A stretch of 64,000 bases of DNA from positions 1,181,440 through 1,245,439 of the forward strand of contig NW_005201792.1 of the NCBI RefSeq assembly GCF_000372725.1, in the 5' to 3' direction. The position numbers and the translations under genes were made by a program. This DNA is from Emiliania huxleyi CCMP1516 (Eukaryota). Positions 59,117 through 64,000 of this stretch are shown piece after piece. The notes under the pieces were generated by a model, which did no database searches, had not been told where the DNA came from, and saw nothing but the letters and a program-made list of their open reading frames with translations. Each line of letters starts with the position of its first letter. The stretch's first letter is position 1.

Positions 59117-59581
59117 GACTCGAGATGTGTTAGGCTAGGGCGCGCGCGCCAGCTAAGGCTTGGACGACGCGCATGTGACGCGCATCTATCTATCTCTCTC
59201 TTCACGCCTATATAGCTCTCTGCCTCTCGGCCTGGGCCACCTCTGCTGTCCGGCCTACAGTGCGCTACGGAGCTACGGTCTCCGGCGCTCGCGCCCGGAC
59301 CCCCGCGGGGGTTCGCTCGCATCTCGGCTCTTATCTTTCAAAACCCAGGCTTCGGCTCCTGTGGTTTCTCTCAACTCTCTCATTTTTGATGCTGCACATG
59401 TGGGAAACAATCAAAACTATCTCATCTCCTCGGTCAAGCTAAAGGGCCCTCGGCGACCGGCGGAGCGTCCCCTGCTTCCCGGAGCCGACGCGAGAGCACA
59501 CACGACGCGTGTGCCCGAACGAGGCCCAACTGATAGTGGTGTACAGAGTCGTATCGTCGACCCTCTCGTGGCGGCGACGTG

Positions 59582-62500
59582 TCAAAAGAGCGACTTTGCG
59601 TCGTGCCGGAAGACCGTGAGATTCTGCGTGAAGCGGTCGCGGTTCTTGGCCTCGAGGCTGTTCTGCACGTCCGCCATCAGCCGCTCGAACGCGGCTGTCA
59701 GCTTCTGCTGCCGCTCGGGCGAGGCGGCCTGCTGCTGGACGATGGACGCCTTCCACGAGGCGAAGTAGGAGGGGTTGGAGAGGATGAGCGCGAGCAGCGG
59801 CCGCGAGAGCGACCACTGGTTGGCGCAGTCCTCAAAGACAATCATGTTGAGCAGCACGGCGAGCTGCGACGAAAAGAGCTCGGGCTCGCGAGAGAGGTGC
59901 GCGGCGAGCGCAGCCTTGACGGACGAGTCGCGGTCGTCCGTCGCGGCGGCAAAGTGGAAGGCGGCTAGGTGCTCGAGGGCAGCGGCGCACTGCGACGAGA
60001 TTGCAACCTCGTGCGACTTGAGGCCGGCCTGCAGGCTGCTGCAGATGTGCTGGAGGACGGGCGTGTCCAGCTCGACCAGCGTCGCGGTGTGGTTGCGCAT
60101 GAGCAGCTCCATCAGGGTGAAGTAGGCCTTGCAGACCTTGGTGTACGAGAGGATCTGCTCCGTCGGCAGAGAGAGGCACAGCTTGATGATCACCTGCCCA
60201 CGGCGGCGAGAGGGGTGGCGGCGAACGGGGTGGCGGCGAGAGGGGTGGCGGCGAGGGGGGTGAGGGGGATGGGGAGGCAGGGCTGGGGGGCTGCGGTGAT
60301 GGTGGTGGCGGTGGCGGTAGCGTGTGTTTGGGGCGGAGGCAGCCTCGAGGCAATCGGAGAGCGCGCGGTCGCCGTACAAGGCGAAGACCCCAAAGTTGAC
60401 GTAGTTGCCGCTCAGCGCGCGCGTGAGGAGCACCATGCAGAGGCAGATCCCCTTGAGCCGCTGCGCGTACGGGTCGGCGCCGGCGGGCAGCTGGTGGTCG
60501 AGGATGCGCGAGCCGTAGGCAACGACGATGGCGGAGGCGTCGCGGAAGAGGAGGATACCGTTCGGCGAGGAGGAGTCGAAGGTGAGGCGCTGCGCCTTGT
60601 TGTAGACCAGCTCGGCGTACAGCTTGAGCAGCGGCGTCGTCACCTCGGGCATCGCGTAGTAGGTCATCGCGGCGCGCTGGAAGACGGGCGTGAAGGCGGG
60701 GTAGATCCACTCGAAGAAGAGCGTGTACGTGCGGCGCGAGGAGCACGCAGCGACGATGCCGCGCAGGTCGCGCAGCGCGCCGACGAGCGCGACGCAGACC
60801 TGCGAAACGTGGCCGAGGCGCGGGCGAGGCGTGGGCCGAGGCGCGGGCGAGGCGTGGGCCGAGGCGAGGGCGAGGCGAGGGCGGGAGGCGTGGCCGAGGG
60901 GCAGCCAAGGCCGTGCCGACCAGCGCGGCGCCTGGGGCGACGAGAACTGCTCGGGCGAGCTCTGCTCGCGCAGCTGCGTCATGAGCTCGGTGAAGGGCTT
61001 CATGAAGGCCTTGAAGGGGCCGGCCTGGTCGTCGGAGAAGAGGAGCTTGCAGAGGGTGCAGTAAAACGTGGTGCGCAGCCGCGAGTTTGCGGCGACGTCG
61101 AGGAAGGGGAACTCGGCCGAGGTGTGGTTGGCGAGGACGAGGTGCACCGCCTCGAGCTTGAGGAGCAGCTTGCCCGACGAGTAGCCGCCCGCGAGGTCCG
61201 CGAGGAGGGTCAGCGTCTTCTCGGTGATGTCGAGGCAGTCGGAGCGCCGCTTGAGGTTGGCGATGATCTTGTTCATCAGCACGGCGAGCACGGCGAGGTG
61301 GTCGCTCAGGTTGAGCCGCTCCTGCAGCACGGCGTAGATCTTCGAGACGGCGGTCGCCTGGTCGCCGACGTACACCTTGCGGAACTGCTGCATGAAGAAG
61401 AGGAGGGCGAGCTCGAGGTGCTGGTTGGAGCGGACCTCTCTCCGCAGCTGCACGTTGGCCGGCGCGTCGAGGAGCGAGAGCAGCTGCAGCACGATGCACG
61501 TGAGCTCGGCGTCGACGAGCTGCTGCGCCTCCGAGTTGGAGGAGGGGGTGAGGTGCGAGCCCAGCACCGTGCCGATGATGTAGACGAGCCACGCGAGCTC
61601 GCCCTCGCACTGCGAGAGGCGCGCGGCCACGTCCGCGTCCCTCGCCCGCTCGGTGGGCAGGGAGAGGAGCTGCGAGTAGAGCTTGGCGCACGGCTCGAAG
61701 AGGGAGAGGACGTAGGAGGAGGCCTGCTGCAGCTGGAAGCGGCAGAGCGAGGGGAGGGTGTCGAGCTGCTCGGTGAGCTGCTCCTCGTTGTCGAGGGGGT
61801 CGTCGGGCCCGCCGCCCGGCTCGCCCCCCTGCTGCTGCAGCGCACGGACCAGCTCCATGCGCGAGTGGATGAACGCGGTGATCACCTGCGGAGGAGGCGG
61901 CGAGGAGGCGGGCTCGCCGCGCCGCGGGCGGGGCGGGGCCTGCGCGGGCGGGTGCGCGTGTGCGCGTGCGCGTGCGCGGGGCTGCCTGCCTCAGTCGAGT
62001 GCCTAGGAAGTGTCTAGGAAGTGCGCGGGGCTGCCTGCCTCAGTCGAGTGCCTAGGAAGTGTCTAGGAAGTGCGCGGGGCTGCCTGCCTCAGTCGAGTGC
62101 CTAGGAAGTGTCTAGGAAGTGCGCGGGGCTGCCTGCCTCAGTCGAGTGCCTAGGAAGTGTCTAGGAAGTGCGCGGGGCTGCCTGCCTCAGTCGAGTGCCT
62201 AGGAAGTGTCTAGGAAGTGCGCGGGGCTGCCTGCGGCACGTACGAGTCGAGCTGCGAGGGGACGTCGCCCTTGAGGTACGGCATCGAGGCGACGAGCCGC
62301 GACCAGAGCGAGAGGAGGTAGTAGACCGAGTTAGCCGCCCACTGCCAGTGCTTGAACGAGTCGATCGTGAAGGTGGCCACCTAAATAAACAAACCAGCAC
62401 ATTGCTGATTGACCGATGAGTGAGTTCATTGTCGATCGTGAAGGTGGCCACCATCGAGATCCACTCGCGGTAGCAGTCCGCCTGCACGAGCTCCGACAGC

Positions 62501-64000
62501 TGGTAGTTCGCCTTGAGCCGCGCGAGCAGCCGGCAGAGCTCGTGGTAGTTTTCGTGCTCTGTCAGCCCGTGCTGGCTCTGCAGCAGGTGCAGCGTGCCGC
62601 GCAGCAGCCGGCCGAGGAAGGCCTGCGGCGAGGCGAGCGCGGCGAGGCGAAGCGAGCGTGTGGCGGGCGCGCGGAGCGGCCAAGGGGGTGCGGGAAGCGA
62701 GCGGGCAGGGGGTGCGCGTGGGGGTACGCGTGGAGGCTGCGGGTGGGGGGCGCGGGCGGGAGTGCGGGTGAAGCGGGCGTGGGCGGCGGATCCGGGGGAC
62801 CCGTGGCGTGGGTGCGCCTGCCGGTGGCTGTCTGCCTTTGAGGGTGGCGGTGTCTCGGCTGCATCTCGGCTGCATCTCGGGACGCATCTCGGCTGCATCT
62901 AGGCTGCATCTCGGCTGCATCTCGGGCCGCATCTCGGCCGCATCTCGGGGCGCAGTTCGCCTGCCGCTCGTCGTCGGACGAGAAGAGGGAGCGGCGCAGA
63001 GAGGCAAGGAGGACGAGCACCTCGAGCGCCTTGGAGGAGATGGGCGCGGAGGAGGCGGCGTAGATGTCGAAGAAGAGCTGCATCGTCGCCGCCTCCTCCA
63101 TCACCGAGCGCCACGAGGACGGAACCTGCGGCGCAAGGAGAGAGAAGGAGAGAGAAGGGGGAGGGGGGGGGGGGGAGGAGGAGGCTGGGGCGCGGTGGGG
63201 CGCGAACCGGCTCTGAAGGCGGGAGGTGTGGGGTCGGTCGGCGGGCGCCTGGACGGTGCCCATCTCCTCGGACGCCTCGTCGAGCGTGGTCCCGATGAAG
63301 TCGAAGCCGAGGCACGACAGGCAGAGCGAGAGCGACTGCTCTCGGATGCGGGGCTCCTCGTCGCCAGAGCAGGGGATGGCGCCTGCCAGACAAGGTAGCC
63401 AAAGAGTGGCGAGAGGGGCACCGCCGACCCGCGGTGCGACCGGCCGGGCGCGGCGCCGGTCGAGAGCTGCTGGAGCGTGCGGAGCCCAATCTGCAAGATC
63501 TGGAAGAGAGCCGTGTCGCGAAACGAGGCCGAGACCTTGCGCTGCTGCGTGAGGGAGCGAGTGTTGCCCGCCATGTTCATCTCGGCGACGAGCTGCTGGA
63601 GCAGCTGCGGCGGAGGCGGCGGAGGCGGCGGGTCAGGCGCGGCACCGGCGACGCGCGGCGCGGCGCGGCGGCTCGGTGCGTGCGGCGACGCCTGCAGGCC
63701 GAGCACGAGGTGCCCCGTCGTGGCGTGCAGAAACTTGGAAACCTCCTGCACGATCGCCTTGTGCTCCTCCCCCGACGACCAGCCGAGCTTGGTGACGGTG
63801 GCGACGATCTGCACCAGGTTGCTCGACACGAAGGGCTCGATGGACGTGCCGCGTTGCGCGAGGTACGAGAGCGTGTAGTTTCGAAAGTCCAGCTGCTGCG
63901 ACGGGGTCAGGTGGTTCCACGACTGCACGAGCAGCTTCTTCAGGGCGTTGGCCGCGACGAGCTGCGCGTAGGCGTACTTTGAGTGGTCCAGCACGAACTG
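59582..64000 (-). CDS. XPO7: Exportin-7 / RanBP16-17 family, 5' end outside window, multi-exon
   Basis: ENYHELCRLLARLKANYQLSELV, WLVYIIG, F.QQFRKVYVGDQ, NKAQRLTFDSSSPNGILLFR, GNYVNFGVFALYGD, NQWSLSRPLL.LI, KNRDRFTQNLTVFR. Confidence 0.93.
61972..62234. repeat. Intronic tandem repeat, 49-bp unit x5.3
   Basis: Identical units start at 61972, 62021, 62070, 62119, 62168 and (partial) 62217. Confidence 0.95.

Noticed and set aside
61972..62234. CRISPR-like array
   Set aside because: Units are identical with no unique spacers, the repeat is intronic, and there are no cas genes.
1..64000. Hundreds of long overlapping or antisense ORFs (e.g. 26969..28774, 26980..28728, 59969..62017, 17054..18844)
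   Set aside because: Expected shadows of very high GC, stop-poor coding DNA. They are Arg/Pro/Ala-rich with no motifs.

Overview
Very GC-rich eukaryotic nuclear DNA with short, mostly GC-AG spliceosomal introns, intronic minisatellites and TTAGGG telomere repeats. I infer a haptophyte alga of the Emiliania/Gephyrocapsa type. About 20 protein-coding genes are supported: a myosin with a PDZ + 8 PH tail, a bacterial-type QueH, an FAH-family hydrolase, a GT-A-like protein, a pentapeptide-repeat protein, two Myb factors, mitochondrial uL3, FCF1, a C2-repeat-TBCC protein, an AN1 zinc finger protein, a DUF5710-like protein, a PQ-loop transporter, an ADP/ATP carrier, GMP reductase, a histidine phosphatase and exportin-7. 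Small mobile elements lie between them, several with readable TSDs. Main highlights: (1) apparent intron birth by 'duplicate-and-fill', where a 22-40 bp duplication is separated by a filler (twice pure CCCTAA telomere repeat) adding 68-71 nt; in GMPR and XPO7 the duplicated exon supplies the donor and the filler the branch point/acceptor; (2) a repeat-associated 1889-codon ORF with three ADP-ribosyltransferase-like domains, TALE-like 34-aa repeats with a variable dipeptide, NLS-like segments and a tandem Agenet/Tudor domain; (3) an intronless eukaryotic QueH; (4) a TRIM with non-canonical CG...CG LTR ends nested in a TIR element. Exon boundaries and domain calls were made by eye and no database searches were run.
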